A stretch of 63,361 nucleotides of DNA, the filler included, from Octopus bimaculoides (Eukaryota), in NCBI RefSeq assembly GCF_001194135.2. It is 5 parts of 5 records of this genome, joined end to end, with 100 filler letters (N's around TTAATTAATTAA, not from the genome) between each part and the next. Parts side by side here need not be neighbours in the genome. Positions count along the whole stretch, not along the records: positions 1 to 15,062 come from NC_068983.1; 4 more parts are not named here. One strand, 5' to 3'. Below the pieces are notes generated by a model that made no database searches, was not told where the DNA came from, and saw nothing but the letters and a program-made list of their open reading frames with translations. This document shows, in pieces, positions 1 to 14,214 of the stretch. The translations under genes and the position numbers were made by a program. Numbering within the stretch: position 1 is the stretch's first letter; each line of letters starts with the position of its first letter.

Positions 1-1152
1 ATATATACTTATATATATATATATGCGTGGGTGTGTTTGTGTGTGTGCGTGTATAATTACATATACCACATGTATTTCTGTCCTAGCACAAAGAAAAGCA
101 AATTATTTTGTATGGTATATCGGTGATGTACCTTCCAACTTCCAAACATGGGAATACTTAGCGCGGTGCTCTGATGTTGGATTATTCAGAGCTTTATTCA
201 TATCAGGTGATAAGCGTTGAAAGCAATGTTATGTACTCTTCTTCCATGAAATCGTTTATCATTTTCAACTAATTTTGCACATATAACACAAAGCGTAACT
301 TATGAGATAAGTACCATGGCATCCCAACACACATACACACACACACTCACACATATATGAATAAGACTTCATCAGGAATGAAATTTAGAAAGAAAATGGA
401 GAAAAGTTTTGATCAAAAAACAAATTGACTACAATGGATTATTATTTTATTAATACAAAATTTTAACGTTGCTTACAACCGTTTCAGCTACCAAGTTTAA
501 TCGGAGCCACCAAAGAAAATTATGAGAATAATATTCGTCATCTTTATACCAGATCCGATGTCGTACATGGAGCTTCAGGAGAGTGGATACAAATACATAA
601 AAGACGAGAAGAGGGAAGGGGAAAGAACAGGTCCTCGAGATGAGGAAAGAAGTCTTAATAAATTCGAACCATACCATTTTTCAGTGTAAAGCTTGAAGTC
701 GATGAGCAAATGAATAAACTAGTAAATAAACTAGAAAACTAATAGGTGGGTTAATCTTTCTATAGGGGTACCAGGTTGTATGAATAATAAGAACATAAAA
801 CTAGCACTTAAGCATAACCATATTTGTCAATAAGTCTAGAAAAAGAATAGTACTTATGATTCCGTAAATAGAGCTAAATAATATTCATCCGAAAACATAA
901 CTGTAATTTTTTTTACAATAATGTACTTACTGATATATTCTAAAAACCAGACAAATGTTTTCCGTAATTGACCAAAGTGTAGCCATCTCTATAATTGGTC
1001 AGTTAAATTTAGAACCAAGGGCAATGTAAGACCGTTATAGGGCTAGATGTAAATAACGAAGTAAATAAAACTGTAAATAAAAAGTGTCGAGGAGTAGTCT
1101 ATATCATAAGTGTCACAAAACCGCTTGTGTCATTATACATTATACAAGCAAC

Positions 1153-2220
1153 CGTACGACAGTGAATAACTAACACTTAAAGGGAGATTGCCATTAGGGG
1201 AGGTAGTTGCTAGTACATTTACCTTCAAAATATAATGGTGAATCTAATATCTTAAATACGTACGACAGTAAATAACTAACAGTTAAAGGGAGATTATCAT
1301 TAAGGGAGGTAGTTGCTAGTATATTTACCTTCAAATTATAATGCTGAATCTAACATCTTAGATACGTACGACAGTAAATAACTAACAGTTAAAGGGAGAT
1401 TACCATTAAGGGAGGTAGTTGCTAGTACATTTACCTTCAAATTATAATGCTGAATCTAACATCTTAAATACGTACGACAGTAAATAACTAACAGTTAAAG
1501 GGAGATTATCATTAAGGGAGGTAGTTGCTAGTACAANNNNNNNNNNNNNNNNNNNNNNNNNNNNNNNNNNNNNNNNNNNNNNNNNNNNNNNNNNNNNNNN
1601 NNNNNNNNNNNNNNNNNNNNNNNNNNNNNNNNNNNNNNNNNNNNNNNNNNNNNNNNNNNNNNNNNNNNNNNNNNNNNNNNNNNNNNNNNNNNNNNNNNNN
1701 NNNNNNNNNNNNNNNNNNNNNNNNNNNNNNNNNNNNNNNNNNNNNNNNNNNNNNNNNNNNNNNNNNNNNNNNNNNNNNNNNNNNNNNNNNNNNNNNNNNN
1801 NNNNNNNNNNNNNNNNNNNNNNNNNNNNNNNNNNNNNNNNNNNNNNNNNNNNNNNNNNNNNNNNNNNNNNNNNNNNNNNNNNNTGAATCTAACATCTTAA
1901 ATACGTACGACAGTAAATAACTAACAGTTAAAGGGAGATTATCATTAAGGGAGGTAGTTGCTAGTACATTTACCTTCAAATTATAATGCTGAATCTAACA
2001 TCTTAGATACGTACGACAGTAAATAACTAACAGTTAATGGGAGATTACCATTAAGGGAGGTAGTTGCTAGTACATTTACCTTCAAATTATAATGCTGAAT
2101 CTAACATCTTAAATACGTACGACAGTAAATAACTAACAGTTAAAGGGAGATTATCATTAAGGGAGGTAGTTGCTAGTACAATTACGTTCAAATTATAACG
2201 GTGAATTTAACATCTTAAAT
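1153..2220. repeat. 106-bp tandem repeat (minisatellite), at least 7 copies, interrupted by an N gap
   Basis: Unit tacgacagtaaataactaacagttaaagggag...catcttaaatacg recurs at 1155, 1261, 1367, 1473, then after gap 1537-1883 at 1906, 2012, 2118; spacing is exactly 106 on each side of the gap. Confidence 0.95.
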
Positions 2221-2971
2221 AGCCAGCATAGTTCCAAGTAGTGGTTATCCTAGACAAACAAGCAAATGTCTAAATGTTCCACAGTATATTCTGCCTAGTA
2301 GACATACAAGAAGGCAGAAGCACGAAACCACCAAATAGTCAAACGATTACAAGTTACATCACTTGCTAATTATTAACATAGTTAGAATTCAGGGTCCAAC
2401 TATAGTTTATTGAATCCTACTTACTATTAATTATTATTAATATCATATTGTTCATATTACTAAAAGTGTTATTATATTAACCCTTGCTTGAGTGCAACTA
2501 TATGGAGTCTACCACAAAATTTCACTTCCATTCATACACAATATGTCATTGAGCAATAATAGCTCATAGGAAAGCGTCTACTGCAATTAGAAACAAATAC
2601 AATCTAGAGAGATGTGCAGTTAATATGAAGTTATTAACATTCAGTTATGTTACACGGGGTGGGGGTTCCTAAATGGGTAGGTCTAATGACGTCCACAGTA
2701 AATAGAGGTAGAACTGTATGCTGGCTGAAAATTAGGTCCAGATTGAGGCTAATAAAAACAAGCTAATCCATGTTGTAAAAGGTTCAGCTAAGTAAAATTA
2801 GTTGCAAACACAGTCTTAGCTGAGATCGCTGGTACAGGCTCTCATAGGAAGGGGAGATTAAGTATAGGGGCTTAAGTACTAATGCCCTCTGTGTTCTAAA
2901 TAAGTTTCAACGTTGAAAGAACTGGCTTTATTAAATGGGGTGAGCAAGTTATATTAAGGAGAGATAGCTTC

Positions 2972-3020
2972 TAACAAAACTGTCCGATGAACGGGTAACT
3001 CCGAGTAACAGTTTTTGTTA
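2972..3020 (+). ncRNA. Degenerate, internally deleted type I hammerhead ribozyme motif
   Basis: taacaaaactgt (stem I 5') - CCGATGA core - cgg/gtaact/ccg stem II - GTA - acagtttttgtta (stem I 3'). The GAAA and stem III segment is missing. Confidence 0.45.
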
Positions 3021-3043
3021 TAGTTCTGCTGCTTTTAAATAAA

Positions 3044-3089
<46 letters not shown>

Positions 3090-3350
3090 TATTTAGTTAT
3101 TATGAGTGCAATATATATTATGTATTAAGTTGGTATGGGTGGAATTTAAAGTCGGATATATTGGTGAAGGGATATTACTCTTGAATCACGCATAAGGGAC
3201 CCAGATGTGTAGTAGTATTAAACTAGCTTTAATTTAGGAGTTAATATATGCCCTCATTCAATATCGCGAACTACTATTTCTGTGGTGACAGGCTCTGGGT
3301 ATTATTTGTGGGAATGGTGCAAAGGGTCTCTAATGTTATTTATATTTAGC

Positions 3351-3458
3351 GAAGGCAAACTTACCCTCGGCGGAATTTGAACTCAGAACATAAAAACAGA
3401 CGAAATATCGTTAAGCATTTAGCCCGGCGTGCTAACGTTTCTACCAGCTCGCCGCCTT
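3351..3458 (-). mobile_element. tRNA-derived SINE family A (MetaSINE-like), 5' portion
   Basis: Reverse complement reads ggcggcgagctggtagaaacgttagcacgccggg...gttctgagttcaaattccgccgagg; same head as the copies at 24536, 28165, 28388, 33506, 58297. Confidence 0.85.
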
Positions 3459-4220
3459 AAAGTTTGGTGATATTGACAATGAAAATATAACAAAGTCAAA
3501 ATTTTAGTTGATTAATTTTCAAAAGGGTCTCAAATCGTACTAGGATTTGCCTCTATATTTCCATAAAAATAAAGTTATTAAATAGTAGCTTCATATGTAG
3601 TGTATGAATTTCTGAACGTTATTGCATGTTATTACAAGTGAAATGCAAAAGAAAATTTAGGATGGTACTCATATTTCCTGTTTGATAAATATTGCTTTTC
3701 CTTTTAGGGGAATATTTGACTTCAAGAATACTAATTCGATTGAGGCATTTTTACTATTCTTATACGGATATGATAGATGACTGGCTGTAGCACCATCCCT
3801 TTTACTTTTCTCTCTTTTATCTCAACCAATACAAATATATGGTTTGTTGCATTCGAGAAAAAAATCTAAATTAGTTTAGAACACAATTCAAAATTAAAGC
3901 TGAACGCTGTAACTTCAGGTAAACTTGAACAAATTTGAAACCTAATACTAAATCTAGCGAGTGGAATGTAATTTGGAATATGATCGTGCCAAAAATTTCA
4001 GTGTCCAAACAACTAACATTCTAAAGAGATGATGATTCATCTATTGTGCCGATAGAGTTTTTCTTTTCTTTTTCAATATAGGATATATCTCTACTAGTGA
4101 GAAATCTAAAGTCTATATTTAAATAAAAGTTATGAAATAGAACGTGGTAAATATTTCCAATTTCTGATATTGTGAAGAAAGTGTATTGCGAAAAGAAAAA
4201 AATCATAACCACATTGCAGT

Positions 4221-4306
<86 letters not shown>

Positions 4307-4352
4307 CTACTGCTGCTGCTGCTGCTACTGCTGCTGCTGCTGCTGCTGCTGC
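4221..4352. repeat. Compound (ACT)n-(GCT)n microsatellite
   Basis: Direct reading; it generates the poly-T/A/L/S ORFs in the track. Confidence 0.97.
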
Positions 4353-5139
4353 TATTATATTGAAATGACAGTCTCTGCAGATATAACACTCTTGTTATNN
4401 NNNNNNNNNNNNNNNNNNNNNNNNNNNNNNNNNNNNNNNNNNNNNNNNNNNNNNNNNNNNNNNNNNNNNNNNNNNNNNNNNNNNNNNNNNNNNNNNNNNN
4501 NNNNNNNNNNNNNNNNNNNNNNNNNNNNNNNNNNNNNNNNNNNNNNNNNNNNNNNNNNNNNNNNNNNNNNNNNNNNNNNNNNNNNNNNNNNNNNNNNNNN
4601 NNNNNNNNNNNNNNNNNNNNNNNNNNNNNNNNNNNNNNNNNNNNNNNNNNNNNNNNNNNNNNNNNNNNNNNNNNNNNNNNNNNNNNNNNNNNNNNNNNNN
4701 NNNNNNNNNNNNNNNNNNNNNNNNNNNNNNNNNNNNNNNNNNNNNNNNNNNNNNNNNNNNNNNNNNNNNNNNNNNNNNNNNNNNNNNNNNNNNNNNNNNN
4801 NNNNNNNNNNNNNNNNNNNNNNNNNNNNNNNNNNNNNNNNNNNNNNNNNNNNNNNNNNNNNNNNNNNNNNNNNNNNNNNNNNNNNNNNNNNNNNNNNNNN
4901 NNNNNNNNNNNNNNNNNNNNNNNNNNNNNNNNNNNNNNNNNNNNNNNNNNNNNNNNNNNNNNNNNNNNNNNNNNNNNNNNNNNNNNNNNNNNNNNNNNNN
5001 NNNNNNNNNNNNNNNNNNNNNNNNNNNNNNNNNNNNNNNNNNNNNNNNNNNNNNNNNNNNNNNNNNNNNNNNNNNNNNNNNNNNNNNNNNNNNNNNNNNN
5101 NNNNNNNNNNNNNNNNNNNTATATATATATATATGCACA

Positions 5140-7350
5140 TATATATGTCTGCCGTAACGGAACATGAACGTAACGGACAAGGAAATCAAGACGAAACATT
5201 CGTGGAATTCTGGATGCACTCGTGGAAAGGAAAGACAGAATAATTTAGTAACACCTATCCCGTATCGTATACGTATCTGTATGTTCACCCATGGGTATTT
5301 TTGCTGTGCACGGTTCTCTGATTTTGTTGTCGGTGTACCATCATCCTTTTTCTTGAAGTCATACCAGTTTTTGCTAAGTAGTTTTTTAGACCTCTTTTAC
5401 ATATTATGATATAGATTAGGTTGCTTCATTTTAAGTGCAATTCAAGACCTATCAATAAGTAGCTTCATATTTCTCAGTTTAGCTGGTTATATTTACTTAT
5501 TTTCAGGGAGCCGTTTGCTTTTTATAACCGGATACTTTTCCATTTTTTTAATCCTCTTTTGGTCCTGTAGTAATATTAGCAGTTTTAGATATATATTGGT
5601 GAAAGATCCGTTGTTTCTCGAGTAAAAAAATGGAATATATGAGATGGTACTTTTTCTTTGTGTTAAGTTTTGGGAAATTCGCAAATGTCAATTTGTTTGA
5701 TTTTCTTATCATTTGTTTTCTTATTATAAGTACATGAAATATTTCATTCATTTAGTCTTATCTTCAGTGTTTTGTTTCAGGGTTTGATACACTAGTGCAT
5801 ATTCTTTTGGCTAGACTGAATGAGATTTTGTTTCATGTGTGTTTTGGGTGACACGATGTGAAGTGGTGGGTATTATCAAGATTCGGCGGATTTGTGCGTG
5901 GAATGTCTAAGAAGAGCAGTCTATCATTGCTGCATTCCATGGTGAATGGGATGGGCATTTGTGCTGTTTATAAGATTTTGGAATTGTTTCAGCTTGTCAA
6001 TAATTTTCTTACATGTAATGAAACAGTCCACTAGAAACCTATTCTAGTGTTCTTTCGAAAAACATCTGAATTCTTCTCCAAAAATTTGAGAGGATTTTTC
6101 ATCGGTTTATATCTTATAAAATCACGTGACCAAGTTGACACATGTGTGGCCAACTTTTGCTCTCATGGCAGGAGTAGCTATTTGCCAGCAGGCTGTGTTG
6201 TCCAAAATGAAATAAGTTTTCTCTCAGGGGAATTGGAAACTGTCAACGATGAACTTTCTTTTTGCGTTCTGGTATTTCCTTTAGAAACGAGTGTACGGGT
6301 GCAGATGATCATATGTATTTTATGTGAATGTAGGAATATTTTTCAGATCTATAGTGTTTACATGCAGCTGCTGAAGATGGTTATTGTGCGCAAGGGATGT
6401 CTGCATGATTTCAGCTTCAGTGAGATAATAGTAAATCCCAGTTGTATATAAGCGTTATACATACACACGATTTTGAGGTGGAGAGAACAAACAAATATGA
6501 CAAAGTTTGCGTACTGATTTGTTTAGGGTAATCCTGGAGGTGCACAATCCCCAGTCGCACACTACGTACAGCCATGTACATGTAAATCCAATTACTCTGA
6601 AAAATACACCGTCCATCTGCTATGAGGAGACTCTTATTGTTGAAGTCATTACCAAACGCATCAACATGACTGCTACTTCATCTGAAAGATTGAGATTGAG
6701 GGTAGTCGCCTATTCAAGCCTTCGTCGTCAGGCCAAATTTGTAATACATCTATTTGTTATGATATCCACGTTGTTGAGTAGCAATAAATACTGGACACTT
6801 TATACACAACATATTAAATATGAAGCTATTCATGGTCGGTGCATTCGAAAACAGTTGTTGGTATTGGTGAGGATCAAACGATTCCCAAACACAACATCGT
6901 TCAACATGCGAGTATAACAAGTATAGGATGCATCGTGAAATGCCATCTTCTACACTGGGTTGACGTGTAATCCCGATCCCTTAAAATTCGCCTTCCGAAA
7001 GCTGTTACCTTTGTAAATCTCGAAGTTGGACATCACCCTCGTGATGCTTCTGAAAAAGAATACAGTGAACAGGTAAAGAGAATACTCCAAGCTTTCAATA
7101 TTCATTTCACTCAGCTTCGATCTCTCGCAAGAGAGAAAATTTTGGTGCAGCAAAGGAGTCAAAGTCTTCCACCAAGTTTGATACCATTATCTCGAAGAAA
7201 AATGACAATATCGTTGCAACCTCGAAACAAACCAACGGTACTAAACATTTCTCTTTGACTATATACTGCAGCATTTGTGGATTCAGAATCGGATTGGTCA
7301 TATCTCAGCTCACCAAATAAAACAACGTCGTAATCAATCTTGATGGACAA
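5140..7350 (-). mobile_element. Decayed Penelope-like retroelement (RT plus GIY-YIG region)
   Basis: Minus-strand fragments with stops and frameshifts: RHPLRTI (GxPLRPI-like), WQIATPAMRAKVGHTCVNLV (QxxGxAMGxxxAP-like), RFLVDCFI (YxDD motif), IPFTMECSNDRLLFLDI, FTSCHPKHT, SFSLAKRICT, and MMVHRQQ near 5330. The 5' boundary is approximate. Confidence 0.8.
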
Positions 7351-10300
7351 CTAAGAGAGAAAAAGAAAGAGAGAAAGGGAGAGAGAGAGATATAGTTGTA
7401 TAAAGAACTGCTGGTTTATTTCTCATATATACCTGTGTATGTATTCATGAGTGTTGCTTATATCGGTGACTGGAATTAACTAAAGAAAAAGGCATAGATT
7501 AATATTAAAAAAAATTATGTATTTGGAATTACATGATGAAACCAAGACAACTTCTTTTAAAGGTAAATATATATTGTTACGCAATGTATATGTACATATG
7601 TGAAAACGTTAAAACGTCGTTTGATAATAATATTTTGTAATTGATGGGTGTGGATTCAAAGCTTGTATATTTTTATTTATCTCAAAATATCATTAGCAAT
7701 TTTCTTCCTGGTGAGATTTGAGTTACTTGCTGACAGGTGGAGTCCTTATAACAAAAGGACTGGTATACAGTGTTTTACCATATATGATATTTTTGGCTGA
7801 TATATCAAATTGTTGCAATTCTGCTTAAATTAGAATTATCCTCCTGAAATAGCATCTTAGTAATAACTGCACATTATTCAACATGAATCTCTAGTTATAT
7901 ATGCACAAATACCTACACACAAATACACACAGACACACACACGTGTTTGTTGTATATATTACACACAATATATTTCTAGTTGAACAACGAAAATATCAAA
8001 GTGTCTTCCTGAAATAACGTAATCACTGCTATGGTTTTACGCATAATTTTAAACGCAATAAAAACGATATCTGTTATTCTATAGACAGCCATAATTATAT
8101 TAGCAGAAATTCCGATCATATAGCACAATTTGTCAGTATATGTGTAGAAATAGTAGTAGCAATTTGCCTAACGTATTCTTCAAAACACGATTTATTTAAT
8201 CGTGTTGTGAATACTATTACAATGGTGCCATTAGGAAACGGTTTTAAAGAGAATCTAAATTGCATACTAGAACTATACTTACTGAACAACGGAAGGATGA
8301 AGAGAAGAAATCAATAGGTTCAACATGCTCATTGGCATAAATCTAAGGTGGAATTATACGAGTCTAATCAGGAATTATTTTCCGATCTAACACTATGGGC
8401 AGACTACGTTTACGCTCATCTTGTTAGAAAAAAAAGAAACAAAAACAAAATCTCACCAAATATGCCCACTCCATATTTAAAATGGGAAGAGTATCAGATT
8501 GGAGTTAACTTGCTGTGCTGACCAAGGGATAAAAAACATCCACAAAGTTAAAATATGGCATCAACCAATAGTACACTAACAAAAATGACCTTGATCAGCT
8601 TGCTCAAAATAGCAGCTATCTCCCTCTCTTTCTCTCTCTCCTTCCCCTCTCATTCTCTCGCTTCCTCCCCCTCTTTCTCTCAAATTACACCCTGCCGGTT
8701 TAGTAAACAAAAATGATAATGTATTGGATGATATAGAATTAGATTTACTTTAACAGAAAATCAGCTGGGTATGATATTTAAGGTTAAGTGGTCACTCCCG
8801 TAATAAAAGCAACTATGATATTTTTGTATGCAGACGAGGGTTGTGTTGTAAATATTGACATCTTGTTTATGTGAACAGACTCACGTGCGAAACTCAGAGC
8901 AGTATGGTCTCCCGGAAATGTAAAAACTGGCTTTAAAAACATAAATAAATATTTATCCGACCTTCTTAGAATATACAAGTGGTGCGGCTCACCATTCAAA
9001 TCATATATCAGTAGCGTAGAAAAACTTTTACGTAAATAGAGACTACAAAATTTGGAATTCTTGTTAATGCATACAATATATCATGCAATTTTTTTCTTTT
9101 ATGTTCCGTTCTTTTGAATATGTAATAAACCATACAAAATTGGATACACAACCACACAGGCACACATCAGAAAACATTTAAGCCCACTACTAAATTGAAA
9201 GTGTATGTAGAGGCGTACTGGAAGCAGATTTACTTTGTTTATATGCTTGAGAGACTTTAGGGTCACTGAAATTTTGAGTATCATGATAAACTGTTGTTAA
9301 CCTATTCAAGTGCGGGAAGTGTTAGATTTTTAACGAGAAAGACCAAACAATATTCGTCAATGATTAATATTATTTTAATGTTATATCTCATTATCATCTG
9401 GCATTCCATATACTAGCACTAACTTGTCTCATTTTTGTGCAGATAGTATCAGTGAAATAAATTCTAAATGATTATATTTACATACTTTAATGAAATTTAC
9501 ATGGTGTTTCTTTCAAAGCTAATCTGATAAGTACGGTGAAATCTACTTTTCAGGCGTGCTAAACTAATACCGAAACATTTGTAAACATAAGAAATTGGAA
9601 AGAATATTAATCAATGATTTATATATTTTTCCACACCACGTAATTAATGCTATTTAGTATAGTAATGTTTCTTACATTAAGTGTGTTGATACAAACCAAA
9701 CTGTTCCATATATGTATACTTCTTCACAAATAATTCAAGGAAATCATGATTAAGGTAGAGAATATCTATGTGGTCATTGATGTTTGTCATATTTGCCACT
9801 GGATAATAAATTTTACTGGTGGCTCAATTATTGAATTTAATTTTACTGTTGTTTTGCCTCTATATTGTCCAGATATTCTAAGTTTAATGTGTCTAGATGT
9901 TTAGCAATGTGTTTTCATTTCTTATAATTTCAGAGTTTTTATAATTTCAGAGTTACAAGGCTGTCATTTATAGCAAGTCGAGATACAGTATTGCATCCTC
10001 CTAGATCGTTTTCATTTGGACGCTTCTCTTGACGCACTGATAATTGAGTTAATATCTTTTGTATGATGAAAATCAAGAAGGCCGTTATGTGTAATAGAAA
10101 TGTAGTAGACGGTATTATTACTTTCCTCATAAGTGCATTGCGTAATAAGCCGCAGTTTTTGAAAGGATTTCTTGAATTGCACGGAATGTTACATTTAGAC
10201 TCATGTATTCATAAGATACTGCAAATATTTTAGTGAATTATAATAAACGTCTGGGGTTCTGTCAAAATAAATTCTTTCTATTGCTTGTTACTCGCATAGC

Positions 10301-10991
10301 TATTACATACTTTAACATTAAACAATGGTCAAGAATGTATAGTATATGACTTTCACGAACAACTCCTAGTCTGAGTCTTTTAAACTAACTGAATCATCCA
10401 TGTCCTGGTATCAGAACATTTATGCTTTTCTTAGTGGAAATACTATTTCATCTCTACTATTCAATTGGTGAATAATATTGAGAAAAACAGGCAAAAATTG
10501 TTCAGATCATTCACGTATATGGTGCTTTGGTTGAGCCTTGTCTTCAGACTCTTTAAGAAACGCACTATGTTGACTTTCGCTTTTGTAAAATCAAAGGCAA
10601 AACTGTAAAATAAATTATTAGTGGAATTGATTCAACCTTAATATAAATTACAATAGCGACGGATCTCGCATATATTATGCTTTCCGGGACTGCGAATTGC
10701 TGGATTATTTTATTATTGTTAGTATCATCCATTATGATATATATAATTTATAGAACTCAAAGTTCTTTAGTTGTCGATTATGTACGACAGAAGCAAATAC
10801 ATTATCATTGTCAATATATAGGCGTGTTAAATCTTTATACATGTTTTCAGATTTTCCATGATCATCATGATAATAAGGGACTGGTATATTTTACCATATC
10901 AGGTGCACATAGCAGTTCCATTCCGTAGGAACACAATTATCCTTTTCGAAATTATTTCCTTTGCATGCTATTTTTGTAGCTCGCTATAGAC

Positions 10992-11000
10992 TACTACTAT

Positions 11001-11060
<60 letters not shown>
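10992..11060. repeat. (CTA)n microsatellite
   Basis: Direct reading. Confidence 0.97.
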
Positions 11061-12439
11061 ATTGCATAAGCCAGATGAAATAATGAAAGATTGTTGTTAA
11101 TACTATAAAATATCAAACCAGAACAAATTCTTACAAGGAAAATACTTGTCTAAGAATATGATCTTCTCCAGGAAGATCACGTCTGTGAAACTCTCAACTG
11201 TTTGTTTTCATATCCCATGCTTCCAGCTGGATCTGATTCTACATGGTCATTCATTTTTAATTTCACATTAATCTCTTACAATTAATTCTATTAATTTTCC
11301 ACGTTTTTCATATTTATACTTTTGATACAATTTATTTCGAGAATTTTCTGTATTTTCGAGTAATATTGCGTGAAGGAATGGTAATGTATATTATGAGGCA
11401 TTTATTTTTGTATGATATATAACGATATCTTATAACATTAGAATACTGGGGTCAATTTAATCGAATTCCGCACTCTCCAAATTGCAGGCTTTACGCTGAA
11501 GTTAGAAAGGAAATTAAATGAATTAGAATTCAGGGCCTGATTTGAGCAGCTAACAATGGAGTTCCATCTCCCACTTCAATTTTCCGGCCCGGAGTTATTC
11601 CTAGATAACTTATGATTTTTGATATATTTGATAACCCTATGGAACTATGCCCGTAACTTCAGTAAATCTAATGCATTTTTCAGTATTTATCGTGCATTTT
11701 GGTGTATTCTGGACTTCAATTTCAGCAGACGCACCATTTCCTGGTCTATTAGAGCACTCTTAAATAGTGATTAATTCGGAGCAAGGTTTCCCATTCACAG
11801 AGCTATATATCCTCTTACTCCCTTTTGATGTATAAACAACTTCAATTTGCTTTCATCGATAGGTAAGTTATTTTGAATGGATTACTCGAAAACAATATAG
11901 CTCGTGGAAGAAACCGCACATGTGTTGACTGCATTTAGCAAATTGAATGAATTTTGAACTTTTATACAAACTCTTCTAACATATAATTCCATTTTATTCC
12001 TTCTACTTAATAAAATCTTGTCCCAAATCTGCCTACACAATACTTGTATCGTTAATATATTATTTAATCCGTTATTCAGAAGATATTATTTATATAGCAA
12101 TCTCTATTGCAATGGGGATTGCTGTATCAATATCAGAGCCACAATCATTCTTTGTTTTAATAGAAACTCACTGAAAATCTACCTCTTCATTGAGAAACTA
12201 AACCAAATTAGATCAAATCCAAACAACATGATTGCGGTGATTTAATAGAAATAATAATAAAAACCAATAACAACAACAATGATGATGATGACGATAATGA
12301 TATGATGATGATGATGATTTCTTTTATTAGCACAGAGGTACAGACGTGGGAGGCATGACAAGGATGGTCTAAAATTTGTGGTTTACTTGAAATATGAGGA
12401 GAAGGAAATGTAAAGGACGATGACATGAGATAAAAGTAT

Positions 12440-13450
12440 TCACAGTACACAATGTATATGCTGACATGAATGATGCCGTTCTGAAAATACAGGACAAAAT
12501 ACAACCACGCCCAGTCAAAGATTCCCACAGATTCAGGATTGCCCTAACCATCAAAGCCACTAGCTCTCGCACAAATGTCCTTCAGTCTGTATGCCAATGC
12601 TCATAGTAGTGTTATGCACCCTAAACTGCTTTGCCACAGTCACCCATCCTTTTGCAAATTCACTGGGAAGTAGCACCTCCCTCTCCACACTCACTTATCT
12701 TTCCAAGAAGAACTTAAAAAGTATTGGTGTGGGCTGTGCCGAAGAGGAAGGTATCTTTCCTCAATCATTTCAGCCTCGTCCACCACATGACTATTTGCAC
12801 CATAACCATTGGACAAAGAACACCGCCTGCTCTGCCTTGTTAAAGGTAAGTGGTGGAGCCGTCCTCGCGTTGGATTCGGCACGTTATGAAATAATTCGTC
12901 CCAAATGCGATGAGAGCTTTTCGATATAACTTTTCTAGCCAGAAATGTTCATATATTAAATGAGTGTGTGCAGTATGGTTTCGACGCTATGCGCTCATCT
13001 CGGACAGCTCCGCTTCTTGGAACTTTCGTGCCTATAGAGTTTATCAAAAACCGGTAGAACTCGTCAGTAACACCGTCAAGCCACGTATTTAAGGAAGTTA
13101 TCCATGGTAATTCTGGAACTGAACGTCCATTGAAACAGACCAGCTTGTTTTGCGTCGTGTAAATGTGACACATTCATCTTCGTATATATGTTAGGTAAAG
13201 ATTGTATTCCTCTCAATTACTGGAAATATGGAGTGCCTCAGCGCGTGGGTATTTCTTCTGAAAAGGCGATCCACACCCACGAACTGTTTCACACTGGCCT
13301 TATATATCTGACGTGTACGTGTGAAGGTAATCTCCAGCTAGATGTGTGCTGCGACTTCTAAGCAACGAGGTTTAGTTGACACATGATAATACAGCACCAT
13401 TTTGTTACAGTTGCTGGCAAAACATGACCAGGCATGTTGTCTCTACATAT
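12440..13450 (-). mobile_element. Decayed 3' part of an L1/Tx1-type LINE ORF2 plus 3' UTR
   Basis: Minus strand gives a CCHC-like knuckle SCPR*AHSVETILH, then VMWWTRLK and VEREVLLPSEFAKGWVTVAKQFRV, homologous to the plus-strand end at 22830-23085. Clade assignment is from recall. Confidence 0.6.
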
Positions 13451-14012
13451 CAACTTCCAAAAATTGTATCTCCTATGATAGGCGTACTATTACTTTCTTT
13501 AGAGAAAGGCAGAACTATCTTATTTTGTTGAATTCGTTACTATAAGAGTGCCTTATTCTTGTGTCAACTGCAGTACTTTCATTACTGTCGTAGTCGCCGT
13601 TGCTATAGGTGCTGTTGCCAGTCGATGTTAACGTTGTTATAGTTGCAGCATTGATTTTCTACGTAGTGCTGATTTTGTAATTGCAGTTGATGCCGCTGTT
13701 CCTGTTGTTGCTGCTATTGTTGCCATTGATGTTGTAGCTGTCAACTCTAATGTCTTTCTTGCTGTTTCTGCTGCTGACATTTTTCCTATAATTGTTGTCG
13801 TTATCATTGTTCTTCTACATGTATGTTTTTCGGTCAATGGTAATCAAATCTGTGTTCATTGAGAAATCACCGTTACACACTGTCTCAATAGTAGGTAACA
13901 TTCCCCTCCACAAATACTTCATAACGTGCCGCCAGCACGTGATCTTGTGATACCATAATATTGGTTTCAAAATTTGGCACAAGCCAGCAGTTTTGGGAGA
14001 CCCATGACTCAA

Positions 14013-14151
14013 ATTGTACTTATTCTATTGACACCAAAGTGAAAGAAGGCAAAGGCATCTTCGGCAGAATTTGACTTTAGAATGTAAAGACGGATGAAAT
14101 GCCACGAAGCATTTTGCCCGGCGTGCTGATCATTCGACCACATCGCCACCT
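14013..14151 (-). mobile_element. SINE family A (MetaSINE-like), degraded
   Basis: ggcagaatttgac...gcattttgcccggcgtgct...cgccacct matches the reverse complement of the family head. Confidence 0.75.
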
Positions 14152-14214
14152 ATAATGACGCCATAATATTAAGCATTAAAATTTGCGATTGAGTGAAAGT
14201 TTGTAGTAAACAAA

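Noticed and set aside
467-690. Two overlapping short open frames on the plus strand
   Set aside because: Under 60 aa each, no recognisable motif and no good donor site.
1153-2220. 106-bp array as a CRISPR array or coding repeat
   Set aside because: No unique spacers, eukaryotic context, and the unit length is not a multiple of 3.
11600-11950. Possible Tc1 or piggyBac remnant (IDESKLKLF on the minus strand); similar YIDESILK near 30370
   Set aside because: Single short motifs with no second supporting motif.
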